A DNA stretch of 61,234 nucleotides, the filler included, from Chiloscyllium plagiosum (taxonomy: Eukaryota): assembly GCF_004010195.1 (NCBI RefSeq). It is 3 parts of one record of this genome, joined end to end, with 100 filler letters (N's around TTAATTAATTAA, not from the genome) between each part and the next. Parts side by side here need not be neighbours in the genome. Positions count along the whole stretch, not along the records: positions 1 to 16,334 come from NC_057715.1; 2 more parts are not named here. One strand, given 5' to 3'. This document shows, piece after piece, positions 1 to 13,458 of this stretch; within the stretch, counting starts at the first letter, position 1; the number at the start of each line of letters is the position of its first letter. Made by a program: the position numbers and the translations under genes. Below the pieces are notes generated by a model. The model made no database searches and was not told where the DNA came from. It saw only the letters and a program-made list of their open reading frames with translations.

Positions 1-1190
1 GAGGTGGTGACCAAGCATGTGGATGAGGGTAGAGCAGTGGATGTAGTGTACATGGGTTTTAGTAAGGCATTTGATAAGGTTCCCCATGGTAGGCTTAAGC
101 GGAAAGTCAGGAGGCATGGGCTAGAGGGGTATTTGGCCAATTGGATAGAAAACTGGCTAACCGGTCGAAGGCAGAGAGTGGTGGTAGATGGTAAATATTC
201 AGCCTGGAGCCCAGTTACAAGTGGAGTTCCGCAGGGATCAGTTCTGGGTCCTCTGCTGTTTGTAATTTTTATTAATGACTTAGATGAGGGAGTCGAAGGG
301 TGGGTCAGTAAATTTGCAGATGATACGAAGATAGGTGGAGTTGTGGACAGTGAGGAGGGCTGTTGTCGGCTGCAGAGGGACTTAGATATGATGCAGAGCT
401 GGGCTGAGGAGTGGCAGATGGAGTTCAATCCTGCCAAGTGTGAGGTTGTCCATTTTGGAAAGATAAATAAGAATGCGGAATACAGGGTTAATGGTAGGGT
501 TCTTAGTCAGGTGGAGGAACAGAGGGATCTTGGGGTCTATGTACATAGATCTTTGAAGGTTGCCACTCATGTGGATAGAGTTTGTAAGAAGGCCTATGGA
601 GTATTATCGTTCATTAGCAGAGGGATTGAATTCAAGAGTTGTGAAGTGATGTTGCAACTGTACAGGACTTTGGTTAGGCCGCATTTGGAGTACTGTGTGC
701 AGTTCTTGTCGCCTCACTTTAGGAAAGATGTGGGAGCTTTGGAGAGGGTGCAGAGAAGATTTACCAGGATGTTGCCTGGAATGGAGAATAGGTCGTACGA
801 GGATAGGTTGAGAGTGCTAGGCCTTTTCTCGTTGGAACGGCGAAGGATGAGGGGTGACTTGATAGAGGTGTATAAGATGATCAGGGGAATAGATAGAGTA
901 GACAATCAGAAACTTTTTCCCTGGGTACAACAGAGAGTTACAAGGGGACATAAATTTAAGGTGAAGGGTGAAAGGTATAGGGGAGATGTCAGGGGTAGGT
1001 TCTTTACCCAGAGAGTGGTGGGGGCATGGATTGCGCTGCCTTTGGGAGTGGCAGAGTCAGAATCATTGGCAAACTTTAAGTGGCAATAGGATAGGTGCAT
1101 GGATGGGTGCTTAAGCTAGGACAAATGTTCGGCACAACATCATGGGCCGAAGGGCCTGTTCTGTGCTGTATTGTTCTATGTTCTATGTTC
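1..1190 (+). mobile_element. CR1-clade LINE (HER1-like), 3' part of ORF2 reverse transcriptase plus 3' tail; runs off the window start
   Basis: ORF 4-1089 has FSKAFDKVPH, GVPQGSVLGP, FADD and VRPHLEYC motifs typical of CR1 RT; tail ends in (TATGTTC)n at about 1168-1190. Confidence 0.95.
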
Positions 1191-1191
1191 T

Positions 1192-1609
1192 GTGTCCTCG
1201 TACTCATGGAGCGTGGCCATGACCAGGTCCAGTCTGCTGCAGAACGTCTCTTCAATTGACTGCTCAATCATCTCTCACAGCTTCGCAAATTCCGTAGCCG
1301 GGGCCTGGTGAGTGAATGACTCCGATGGGCTAGTAGAGGGAGCTGCAGCTGCGGCCATGGAGGTGTCCTCCTTCTCAGGTAAGTGTCCCATGTGTTAGGA
1401 TTTGCTGGAGCCTTTACCTATAGTCATGTTTCTTTGATAAAGCAGACTTTGTAAACAAATTTATATAACGTCTGTAAGTTCAAAAGCTCTTAAAGACCAA
1501 ATTGTTATAGAAGTGATTTAAGTGGGGAGGTGAGAGTGTGACATTGGCTGAGTTAGGATGCAGAGCTCAGCAAAGCAGACCTCGCAGATTGCCGCCATCT
1601 TGGATCCCC
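1192..1609 (-). mobile_element. Decayed L1-like LINE 5' end (5'UTR plus start of ORF1), truncated by the CR1 insertion
   Basis: Minus strand starts GGGGATCCAAGATGGCGGC (YY1 motif at 1591-1603). ATG at 1427 reads MTIGKGSSKS*...EFAKL*EMIEQSIEETFCSRLDLVMATLHEYE, with two stops explainable as C>T changes and a heptad-like C-terminal part. Confidence 0.6.
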
Positions 1610-2799
1610 TGGAAGCTGTCTTAACCATGCAACTGAGATGATGCCCACTGGTCTAGACTCTCCCACAAAAGGAAACAATATTCCGGCATCCATTCTGTTA
1701 AGTATTCCAAGAATCTTGTGTGTTTCAATAAGGTGACTCTCATTCCTCTAAATTATAACCAGTACAAGTCCAACGAACTCACCTCTCTTCATAAGGCAAT
1801 CCCTCCATACCTGGTAACAGCCTAGAGACCCTTCTCTTCAATACCAATATATCTTCAGTAAAAGTCCCAAAATAGTTTCCATGGTACCAGATGGTGAAAT
1901 CTGTATTTCTTAAAATCTGGAGTAAACAGCTAATCTCTCGGTGACCATGTAACCATTGCCGATTGTCATAAAACCAATTGGGCTCACTAATGTCCTTTTG
2001 GGAGGGATTTTTTCCATTCTTACCTGGTATAGCCTACATGTGACTCCTGACCCACAGAGATGTGGATGAATCTTAATTACTGAAACAGGCTAGAAAGCTA
2101 CTCAGTTCAAACTCAACGAAAGATGCCAGCCACAAATGTCAGCCTTGCCAGAGTCACCCACATCCTGCGAAAGAAGTTTTTAATAAACACAGAATAGACA
2201 AATTCTAATGAGTAACAAAAATTCCAAGGGATGAACTCATCCAGGAATGTTAAAGATCGTATCAAATTAACAGAGAAAACAAGACAGTGTCAGACCAGAA
2301 TTTTGGTCAGAATATTAAAAATAAAGAATGACCAGAAAATTAGATAGGAGGGAAAAATTAGAATGTGGGAGCAATCTAGCCAGAAATGAGAAAACTGATA
2401 GTCAGAGTTTCTATAAATATTTAAAGTGAAAGTAAAGTGCCATTGTCACAGAGGAGCACTTTCTCACTATTGACAGGAAAGGTTTAGAGGGATATGGACC
2501 AAACGCAGGCAAATGGTACTAGTTCAGTTTTGGAAAGCTGGTTGATGTGGATGAGTTGGGTCGAAGGGCCTGTTTCAGTGCCATATTCACTGTGCCTCAG
2601 TACACATGACAATATGATCAATTCGTATGTCTCCAGAAAGAGATTACTGGCAGTAGTTTAATCTGAGAGGCACCAAACCTCAGGCAAGGGGAAAGGTTGA
2701 GAAAGTGGGATCTTCATGGTCACCTCAGCCAGTGTAGAAATTTAAGTCATGTTATTTCTGCATCACAAACCTGCCATCCAGCCAACTGTGCTAACTGAG

Positions 2800-3135
2800 G
2801 AGGCAATGGCCCAGTGGTAATATTGTTAATCTGTTACTATTATTCCAGAGACCTGGGTAATGAACTGGGGACCCAGGTTCTCACCCAGGGCAGATTGTGG
2901 AGTTTGAATTTAATAAAAATCTGGAATTAAGAGTCTGATGTTGACCATGAAAAAACCCATCTGGTTCACTTAAGCCCTTTAGGGAGGAATCTACCATCCT
3001 TACCTGGTCTGGCCTACATGTGACTCCAGACCCACAGCAATGTGGTTGACTCTTAGCTGCCCTCTCGCAATTAGGGATAGGCAGTTAATGCTGGCCTAAC
3101 CAGTAACACCCTTATCCTATGAATGAATTTTTAAA
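2800..3135 (+). mobile_element. tRNA-derived SINE, family B (SacSINE1/DeuSINE-like)
   Basis: Head with TGGCCCAGTGG and a GGTTC box; conserved body CCATCCTTACCTGGTCTGGCCTACATGTGACTCCAGACCCACAGCAATG; tail ending ATGAATGAAT. Other copies at about 1870-2185, 4450-4735, 5900-6220(-), 28365-28560(-), 32235-32425(-), 44065-44345. Confidence 0.7.
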
Positions 3136-3179
3136 AACTGACCTCTATATGAATGAGTAAACTGAGTGTTGGATTTAGA

Positions 3180-5840
3180 TGGGGGATTATTAATAAAATG
3201 AAAGGAAACAGCAGATAAATTGAACAGATATTTTGCATAAATCTTCACTGTAGGAGATAGATGAAATAACCTAGAAGCAGTGATAAATCAGGAAATTGCT
3301 GGGAGGGAGAAATTCAGCAAAAATCCAATTGCCAGAGAAGTGGCGCTGAGTGAGTCGTTGGAGCTGTGGGCCAACAAACCCAAGTCCTAATGGGCTTCAT
3401 TCCCAGGTCTCAGAAAGATGTGGCTGGTGAGATTATTGATGCATTGGTTTTAATTTACCCAAAATTCCCTGGGTTCGAGACAGCCCCATAGATTGGCGGC
3501 ACGGTGGCACAGTGGTTAGCACTGCTGCCTCACAGCGCCAGAGACCCGGGTTCAATTCCTGCCTCAGGCGACTGACTGTGTGGAGTTTGCACATTCTCCC
3601 CGTGTCTGCGTGGGTTTCCTCCAGGTGCTCCGGTTTCCTCCCACAGTCCAAAGATGTGCAGGTCAGGTGAATTGGCCATGCTAAATTGCCCGTAGTGTTA
3701 GGTAAGGGGTAAATGTAGGGGTATGGGTGGGTTGCGCATCGGCGGGTCGGTGTGGACTTGTTGGGCCGAAGGGCCTGTTTCCACACTGTAATGCAATCTA
3801 ATCTAATTGGAAGATAACGAATGTAATACCTTTGTTCAAAAACGAAGTGGGATATTAAACAAACCAGGTAGCTAAATAACTTTCACAGGGAAAACGTTCA
3901 AAGTCATTATTAAAGATGTTATAACAGAGACAGAGTAGACAAGTGGGACCTGTTTCCCTTGCTATACAGTTCAAAAGCCAGGGGGCATAGTTTCAAACTC
4001 AGTGGCAGAAGGATTAGAGAGGACATAAGGAAAATCTTTTTGACACAGAGGGTGGTGAGCGTCTGGCATTCACTGGCTGAGCTGGTGGTGGAGGCAGAGG
4101 TCCAAAACTCTTTTAAAAATACCTTTTAAAACTCTTTTAAATGCTGTTAGCTGCATGGCTGTGGGCCATGTGCAGGAAGATGGGATTTGAAAGGGCATCT
4201 GGGTGTCTTTGGATTGGCATGGACAAGATGGGCCGAAAGGCCCATTCTGTGCTGCCTCATTTCCAGGGAGCTGTGTCACTTGGATACATTTAATTAATCA
4301 GGCGGAGTCAACCTGGTTTTGTGAAAGGGAAATCATGTTTGTTCAATTTATTGGTGTTCTTTGAGGAGGCAACACATGTCGTAGATGAAGGAGAACTCTA
4401 CTTAGATTTCCAGCAGAAATTTGTCAAGGTGGGGGCTGTCTGCTGGAAATGATGGTACAGTGACCATGTCACTGGACTAGTAACGTAGAGCCCCGGGCTA
4501 ATGTTCTGTGGCCATGGATCCAAATCCATGAAAAAGTTTGAATTTAATAAAGATCTGGAATAAAAAAGCTCCAATAATGACTGCTATGATAACCCATCTG
4601 GTACACTAATGCCCTTTAAGGAAGGAAATCTGCCATCCTTTCCCAGCCTGACCTAAACGTGACTCCAGACCCATAACAACGTCGCTGACTCTGGACAATA
4701 AAGGCTGGCCTAGCCAGCAATATCCACATTAAGAAAACAACTCCAAATCTCAGTACGGAAAATGAAAGCTCATGGTATCGGGTGTTGCATATTGGCATGG
4801 ATAGAAGATTGGCAGAGGGTAGGCATGATGGGTGTTTCTCAGGTTGTTTGTAAGTTGCAATGATTGGCATCACTCAGAGATCAGCGCTGGGACCTCCACA
4901 GATGACTGAGATACAAGCATGGAGTGCCAAATTTGCTGGTGACACAAAGACAGGTGGGAAAGTAAGTCATGAAGAGGAGAGAAGAACTTTACAACAAAGC
5001 TATGGATAGGTTAAGTGAGTGTGCAAACATATTGCTAATGGAGTGGAATGAGGCAAAAGTTGGAATAGTGGAGAGAAAGCAGAGTTAACGTTTCAGCGTA
5101 CAGTGATACAGATGCTACCGGACCTGTTGAATTTTTCCAGCAATTTCTGTTTTTGCTTCTGATTTCCTGCATTTGCAGCTCTTTTGGGACTTTTTTGAAA
5201 AGGTGAGATTGTCCATTTTCTTGGAAAAGCTAAAAAGGAAACATGTGATCAAAATGGTGAGAGTTTGCAGAGCTCTGAGATGCACAGAGATCACTGGCCT
5301 CATGCATGACTCGCAGAAGATCAGCAGGCAGATATGTCAGCAATTGGGAAAGCTAATAGAATGTTATCACTTATCTTGAGAGAAACTGAATACAAAAGTA
5401 GGAATGTTATGCTTCAATTACCGATGGTGCTGGTGAAACTGCGTCCAGATCACCCTGCACAGTTTTGGGCACCTTATTTAAGGATGGAGTTGAAGCTGTT
5501 CAGAAAAGGTTTACCCACCTAATATCTGGAGTGGGGCTGGGGGCGTTCGTCTGACACACCAAATACGTTTCTACTAGTGTTTAGAAAAGTAAGCAATGGC
5601 ATTACTAAACATGTAGAGTCCTGAGGGATTAAAGGTGTTGATGGACTAAATGTGGAGAAATTGTTTCCTGTCATGTTGGAATCTAGAACTAGAGCTCACT
5701 GTTTAAAAATTATGAGTCACATGTTTAATCCAAATTAGGCGAAACTTTTCTCCCCTGGAGTTGTGTTTCTTTGGATCTTTCTCCTGAAAAGATGGTGGGA
5801 GCAAGGTCTGTGAATATTTTTACAGCATATGTAGATAGCG
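3180..5840 (+). mobile_element. Old, fragmented CR1 LINE with nested SINEs and a PLE fragment
   Basis: Degenerate ORF2 pieces in colinear order (ANRMLSLI...EYKSRNVMLQL...QFWAPYL at 5334-5522; AAATTTGCTGGTGACACAAAG near 4930), interrupted at 3495, 4450 and 5070. Confidence 0.75.
3495..3806 (+). mobile_element. HE1-like V-SINE (tRNA-derived), family A, full length
   Basis: A box TGGCACAGTGG, B box GGTTCAATTCC, central TGTGGAGTTTGCACATTCTCCCCGTGTCTGCGTGGGTTTCCTCC domain, CR1-like tail GGGCCGAAGGGCCTGTTTCCACACTGT followed by (TAATC)n. Confidence 0.9.
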
Positions 5841-6629
5841 AGGGTGAACGGTTATCAGAGGCATGAAGACTTGTGCTTACACCCAGATCAGCCACATTTT
5901 TAAAATCATTCACACGATGTGGGTGTCACAGGCTAGGCAGCATTTATTGCCCAGAGGGCAGTTATGAATCAATCATGTTGCTGTGGGTCTGGAGTTACGT
6001 GTAGACGAGACTGGGTAAGGATGTCAGATTTCCTTCCCGAAAGGGCATTAGTTAACCAATGGGTTTTTCCCCAAACGAACTCACCATTAGACTCTGAATT
6101 CCACTTTTTTTTTTAATTGAATTCCAGTTTCACCATCTGCTGTAGCAGGATTTGAACCCAGATTTATTCCTGGGTCTCTGGATTAACAATCCAGCGATAA
6201 TACTCTAGGCCATCACCTCCCCTTCAATAGTAATGCAGGCCAGAGACCCTGAAGGATGTACTCCTGCTCCTAATTCATATATTTGTAAGAAATGGCTTAG
6301 CGAACCATTCAAGGACAGTTAAAGATGGGCAACAAATTCTGACCTCGTACAATGATCCCACATATCTCATGAAAGATAATCAAAAAAATTGGTCTGTTTT
6401 GTTGTTAATCAAGTTAGACAGGGAACTGAAAGAAGGGTCACTGGAACCCAGATGTTTACTGCTTTCTCTCCACAGATATGACTGACCTGCTGAGCCTGTC
6501 AAGCAATTTTGATTTGGTTTTGGACCTGTAAGTGATTTTCCTCGACCCCCACTGGACCAAGTGCAATTCCCTGCGCATTAGGAGTATAGTGGCAGCAATG
6601 TCCATCAGGAGGTGCGGCATAAACAGTGT

Positions 6630-9600
6630 AGTGAGTGGACATGGCCATAGGGCACAGGGAGTGGACATGGCCATAGGACACAGGGAGAGGACATGGACAT
6701 AGGGCACAGGGAGTGGATATGGCCACAGGGCACAGGGAATGGACATGGCCAAAGGACACAGTGAGTGGACATGGTCATTAGGCACAGGGAGTGGTCATGG
6801 CCATAAGGTACAGTGAGTAGACATGGCCACAGGGCATAGGGAGTGGACATGGCCATTAGGCACAGGGAGTGGTCATGGCCAAAGGGCACAGGGAGTGGAC
6901 CTGGTTTTAAGGAAAAGGGAGTGGTCATGCTCATTCGGCACAGGGAGTGGAAATGATCATTAGGCACAGGGAGTGGGCATGACCATTAGGCACAGGGAGT
7001 GGACATGGCCACAGGGCACATGGAGTGGACATGGTCATTAGGCACAGGGAGTGGTCATGGCCCCAGGGCACAGCGAGTGGACATGGCCACAGGGCACAGG
7101 GAGCGGTCATGGCCACTGTGCATAGGGAGTGGATATGATCATTAGGCACAGGGAGTGGACATGGCTACAGGGCACAGGGAGTGGACATGGCCATTACGCA
7201 CTGGGAGTGGACATGGTCATTAGGCACAGGGAATGGACATGGTGACAGGACACATGGAGTGGACATTGTCATTGGGCACAGGGAGTTGACATCGCCACAT
7301 GGCACAGGGAGTGGACATGGTCATTAGGCACAGGGATTTCACATGGCCACAGGGCAAAGGGAGTGGACATGGTCATTAGGCACAGGGAGTGGACATGGCC
7401 ACAGGGCACAGGGAGTAAGCATAGCCACAGGGCACAGGGAGTGGACATGGTCATTAGGCACATGGAGTGGACATGGCCACTGGGCACAGGGAGTGGACAT
7501 GGCCACAGTGCTCGTGGTGTGGACATGGCCATTAGGCACAGGGAGTGGTCATGGTCATTAGGCACAGGGAGTGGGTATGGCCACAGGGCACATGGAGTGG
7601 ACATGGTCATTAGGAACAGGGAGTGGTCATGGCCCCAGGGCACAGCGAGTGGGCATGGTCATTAGGCATAGGGAGTGGTCATGGCCACAGGGCACAGGGA
7701 GTGGACATGGCCACAGGGCATAGGGAGTGGTCATGGCCACAGGGCACAGGGAGTGGACATGGCCACAGGGCATAGGGAGTGGTCATGGACATTAGGCACA
7801 GGGAGTGGACATGGTCATTAGGCACAGTGAGTGGTCATGGCCATTAGGCACATGGAGTGGACATGACCAGAGGGAGTGGACATGGCCATTACGCACTGGG
7901 AGTGGACATGGTCATTAGGCACAGGGAGTGGACATGGTGACAAGGCACAGGGAGTGGACATTGTCATTAGGCACAGGGATTTCACATGGCCACAGGGCAC
8001 AGGGAGTGGACATGGTGATTAGGCACAGTGAGTGGTCACGGCCACTGTGAACAGGGAGTGGACATGACCACAGTGCTCATGGTGTGGACATGACCACAGT
8101 GCTCATGGTGTGGACATGGCCATTAGGCACAGGGAGTGGTCATGGTCATTAGGCACAGGGAGTGGGCATGGCCACAGGGCACATGGAGTGGACATGGTCA
8201 TAGGCACAGGGAGTGGTCATGGCCCCAGGGCACAGCGAGTGGGCATGGTCATTAGTCATAGGGAGTGGTCACGGCCACAAAGCACAGGGAGTGGACATGG
8301 CCACAGCGCACAGGGAGTGGTCATGGACATTAGGCACAGGGAGTGGACATGGTCATTAGGCACAGTGAGTGGTCACGGCCACAGGGCACATGGAGTGGAC
8401 ATGGCCACAGGGCATAGGGAGTGGACATGGCCACAGTGCACATGGTGTGGATATGGCCATTAGGCACAGGGAGTGGTCATGGTCATTAGGCACAGGGAGT
8501 GGGCCTGGCCACAGGGCACAGGTAGTGGACATAACCATTTGGCAGAGGGAGTGGACATGGCCACAGGGCACATGGAATGAACATGGTCATTCGGCACAGG
8601 AAGTGGACATGGCCATAGCGCACAGAGAGTTGTCATGGCTACAGGGCAAATGGAGTGGACATGGTCATTAGGCACAGGGAGTGGGCATGGCCATAGGGCA
8701 CAGGGAATGGACATGGCCACAGGGCACAGGAAGTGGTCATGGCCATTGGGCACAGGGAGTGGACATGGCCAATGGGCACAGGGAGTGGTCATGGACACAG
8801 GCCACAGTGAGTGGACATGGTCATTAGGCACAGGGAGTGGTCATGGCCATTAGGCACAGGGAATGGACATGACCACAGGGCACAGGGAGTGGACATGGTC
8901 AATAGGCACAGTGAGTGGTCATGGCCCAAGGGCACAGCGAGTGGACATGGTCATTAGGCACAGGGTGTGGCCACGGGCACAGGGAGTGGTCATGGCCACA
9001 GGGCACAGGGAGTGGACATGGCCAGTGGGTGCAGTGAGTGGACATGGCCATTGAGCACAGGGAATGGTGATGGCCACAGGGTACAGGGAGTGGACATGGC
9101 AACAGGGCACAGGCAGTGCGCATGGTCATTAGGCACAGGGAGTGGACATGGTCATTTGGCACACGGAGTGGACATGGTCATTAGGCACAGGGAGTGGACA
9201 TGGTCATTAGGCAGAGGGAGTGGTCTTGGGCACAGGGAGTGGACATGGCCACAGGGCACACGGAGTATTCATGGCCACAGAGCACAGGGAGTGGACATGG
9301 TCATTAGACACAGGGAGTGGACATGGCCACAGGGCACAGGGAATGGACATGGCCATTAGGCACAGGGAGTGGACATGGCCGCAGGGCACATGGACTGGAC
9401 ATGGCCACAGGGCACATGGAATGGAAATGGTCATTAGGCACAGGGAGTGGACTTGGCCATAGGGCACAGAGTGGACATGGCCACAGGGCACATGGAGTGG
9501 ACATAGTCAATAGGCACAGGGAGTGCACATAGTCATTAGGCACAGTGAGTGGACATGGCCACTGGGCACAGGGAGTGGACATGGTCATTAGGCACAGGGA

Positions 9601-12600
9601 GTGGACATGGCCACTGGGCACAGGGAGTGGACATGGTCATTTGGCACAGGGAGTGGACATGGCCACTGGGCACAGGGAGTGGTCATGGTCAATGGGCACA
9701 GGGAGTGCACATAGTCATTAGGCACAGTGAGTGGACATGGCGATAACGCACAGGGAGTGGACATGGTCATTAGGCACTGGGAGTGGACATGGCCACAGGG
9801 CATAGGGAATGGACAAGGTCATTAGGCATATGGAGTGGTCTTGGGCACAGGGAGTGGACATGGCCACAGGACACACGGAGTATTCATGGCCACAGAGCAC
9901 AGGGAGTGGACAAGGTCATTAGACACAGGGAGTGGACATGGCCACAGGGCACAGGGAATGGACATGGCCATTAGGCACAAGGAGTGGACATGGCCGCAGG
10001 GCACATGGAGTGGACATGGCCACAGGGCACGTGGAATGGAAATGGTCATTAGGCACAGGGAGTGGACTTGGCCATAGGGCACAGAGAGTGGATATGGCCA
10101 CAGGGCACATGGAGTGGACATGGTCACAGGGCACAGCGAGTGTACATGGTCATTAGGCACAGAGGGTGTACACAGGCACAGGGAATGGACATGGCCACAG
10201 GGCACAGGGAGTGGACATGGCCAGTGGGTGCAGTGAGTGGACATGGCCATTGAGCACAGGGAGTGGTAATGGCCACAGGGCACAGGGAGTGGACATGGCA
10301 ACAGGGCACAGGCAGTGGGCATGGTCATTAGGCACAGGGAGTGGACATGGTCATTAGGCACAGGGAGTGGACATGGCCACAGAACACAGGGAGTGGACAT
10401 GGTCATTAGGCAGAGGGAGTGGGCATGGCCACTGGGCACAAGGAGTGGTCTTGGTCGATAGGCACAGGGAGTGCACATAGTCATTAGGCACAGTGAGTGG
10501 ACATGGCCATAACGCCCAGGGAGTGGATATGGTCATTAGGCACAGGGAGTGGACATGGCCACAGGGCACAGGGAATGGACAAGGTCATTAGGCATATGGA
10601 GTGGTCATGGGCACAGGGAGTGGACATGGCCACAGGGCACACAGAGTATTCATGGCCACAGAGCACAGGGAGTGGACATGGTCATTAGACACAGGGAATG
10701 GACATAGCCACTGGGCACAGGGAGTGGACATGGCCGCAGGGCACATGGAGTGGACATGGCCACAGGGCACATGGAATGGAAATGGTCATTAGGCACAGGG
10801 AGTGGACATGGTCATTAGGCACAGGGAGTGGACATGGCCACAAAGCACTGGGAATGGACAAGGTCACTAGGCATATGGAGTGGTCATGGGCACATGGAGT
10901 GGACATGGCCACAAGGCACAGGGAGTGGACATGGTCATTAGGCACAGTGAGTGGTCATGGCCATTAGGCACAGGGAGTGGACATGACCACAGGGCACAGG
11001 GAGTGGACATGGCCATTAGGCACAGGGAGTGGACATGGTCACAGGGCACATGGAGTGGACATGGCCACAGGGCATAGGGGGTGGACATGGCAACAGTGCA
11101 CATGGTGTGGACATGGCCATTAGGCACATGGAGTGGTCATGGTCATTCGGCAGAGGGAGTGGGCCTGGCCACAGGGCACAGGTATGGACATGACCATTTG
11201 GCAGAGGGAGTGGACATGGCCACAGGGCACATGGAATGGAAATGGTCATTAGGCACAGAGAGTGGGCATGGCCACAGGGCACAGGAAATGGACATGGCCA
11301 CAGGGCACAGGGACTGTACATGCCACAGGGCACAGGGAGTGGTCATGGCCATTGGGCACAAGGAATGGGCAAGGTCATTAGGCATATGGATTGGTCACGG
11401 GCACAGGGAGTGGACATGGCCACAGGGCACACGGAGTGGTCATGGCCACAGGGCTCAGGGAATGGACATGGCCATTAGGCACAGGGAGTGGACATGGCCG
11501 CAGTGCACATGGAGTGGACATGGCCACAGGGCACATGGAATAGAAATGGTCATTAGTCACAGGGGGTGGACTTGGCCATAGGGCACAGAGAGTGGACATG
11601 GCCACAGGGCACATGGAGTGGACATGGTCACAGGGCACAGCGAGTGGACATGGTCATTAGGCACAGAGTGTGGTCACGGGCACAGGAAGTAGACATGGCC
11701 ACAGGGCACAGGGAGTGGACATGGCCAGAGGGCGCAGTGAGTGGACATGGCCATTGGGCACAGGGAGTGGTCATGGCCACAGGGCACAGGGAGTGGACAT
11801 GGTCATTAGGCACAGGGAGTGGTTATGGCCATTAGGCACAGGGAATGGACATGGCCACAGGGCACAGGGAATGGACATGGTCATTCGGCACAGTGAGTGG
11901 TCATGGCCAATAGGTACAGGGACTGGACATGGTCATTAGGCACAGTGAGTGGTCATGGCCAATAGGCACAGGGAATGGACATGGCCACAGGGCACAGAGA
12001 GTGGACATGGCCACAGGGCACATGGTGTGGACATGGTCACAGGGCACAGCGAGTGGACATGGTCATTAGGCACAGATTGTGGTCACGGGCACAGGGAGTA
12101 GACATGGCCACAGGGCACAGGGAGTGGTCATGGCCACAGGGCACAGGGAGTGGACATGGCCAGAGGGCGCAGTGAGTGGACATGGCCATTGGGCACAGGG
12201 AGTGGTGATGGCCACAGGGTACAAGGAGTGGACATGGCGACAGGGCACAGGGAGTGGGCATGGTCATTAGGCAGAGGGAGTGGTCATGGTCATTAGGCAC
12301 AGTGTGGTCACGGGCACAGGGAGTAGACATGGCCACAGGGCACAGGGAGTGGTCATGGCCACAGAGCACAGGGAGTGGACATGGCCAGAGGGCGCAGTGA
12401 GTGGACATGTCATTTGACACAGGTAGTGGACATGGCCACAGGGCACAGGGAGTGAACATGGTCATTAGGCAGAGGGAGTGGACATGGCCACTGGGCACAG
12501 GGAGTGGTCATTGCCGATAGGCACAGGGAGTGCACATGGTCATTAGGCACACTGAGTGGACATGGCCATAATGCACAGGGAGTGGACATAGTCATTAGGC

Positions 12601-13458
12601 ACAGGAAGTAGACATGGCCACTGGGCACAGGGAGTGGACATGGCCACAGGGCACAGGGAATGGACAAGTTCATTAGGCATATGGAGTGGTCACGGGCACA
12701 GGGAGTGGACATGGCCACAGGGCACACAGAGTGGTCATGGCCACAGGGCAGAGGGAGTGGACATGGTCATTAGGCACAGGGAGTGGTCATGGCCATTAGG
12801 CACAGGGAGTGGACATGGCCACAGGGCACGTGGAGTGGACATGGTCACAGGGCACAGCGAGTGAACATGGTCATTAGGCACAGAGTGTGGTCACAGACAC
12901 AGAGAGTAGACGTGGCCACAGGGCACAGGGAGTGGTCATGGCCACAGGGCACAGGGAGTGGACATGACCAGAGGGCGCAGTGAGTGGACATGGCCATTGG
13001 GCACAGGGAGTGGTGATGGTCATAGGGCACATGGAATAGAAATGGTCATTAGGCACAAGGAGTGGACTTGACCATAGGGCACAGAGCGTGGACATGGCCA
13101 CAGGGCACATGGAGTGGACATGGTCACAGGGCACAGCGAGTGGACATGGTCATTAGGCACAGAGTGTGGTCACGGACACAGAGAGTAGACATGGCCACAG
13201 GGCACAGGGAGTGGGCGTGGTCATTAGGCACAGGGAGTGTACATGGCCATTAGGCACAGGGAGTGGACATGGTCATTAGACACAAGGAGTGGACATGGCC
13301 ATAGAGCACAGCAAGTGTTCATGGCCATTAGGCACAGGGAGTGGACTTGGTCATTAGACACAAGGAGTGGACATGGCCATAGAGCACAGCAAGTGTTCAT
13401 GGCCATTAGGCACAGGGAGTGGACATGGTCATTAGACACAGGGAGTGGACATGATCAT
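6630..13458. repeat. 26-bp GC-rich minisatellite, about 260 units
   Basis: Unit GGCACAGGGAGTGGACATGG followed by CCACAG or TCATTA, repeated continuously with interspersed variants. Confidence 0.98.

Noticed and set aside
3495..3570. tRNA genes at SINE heads
   Set aside because: The A/B boxes continue into SINE core and tail sequence; these are tRNA-derived heads, not tRNA genes.
6630..13458. CRISPR-like or Ig switch-like array
   Set aside because: No unique spacers and no cas genes in a vertebrate context; no AGCT-rich units and no Ig exons nearby.
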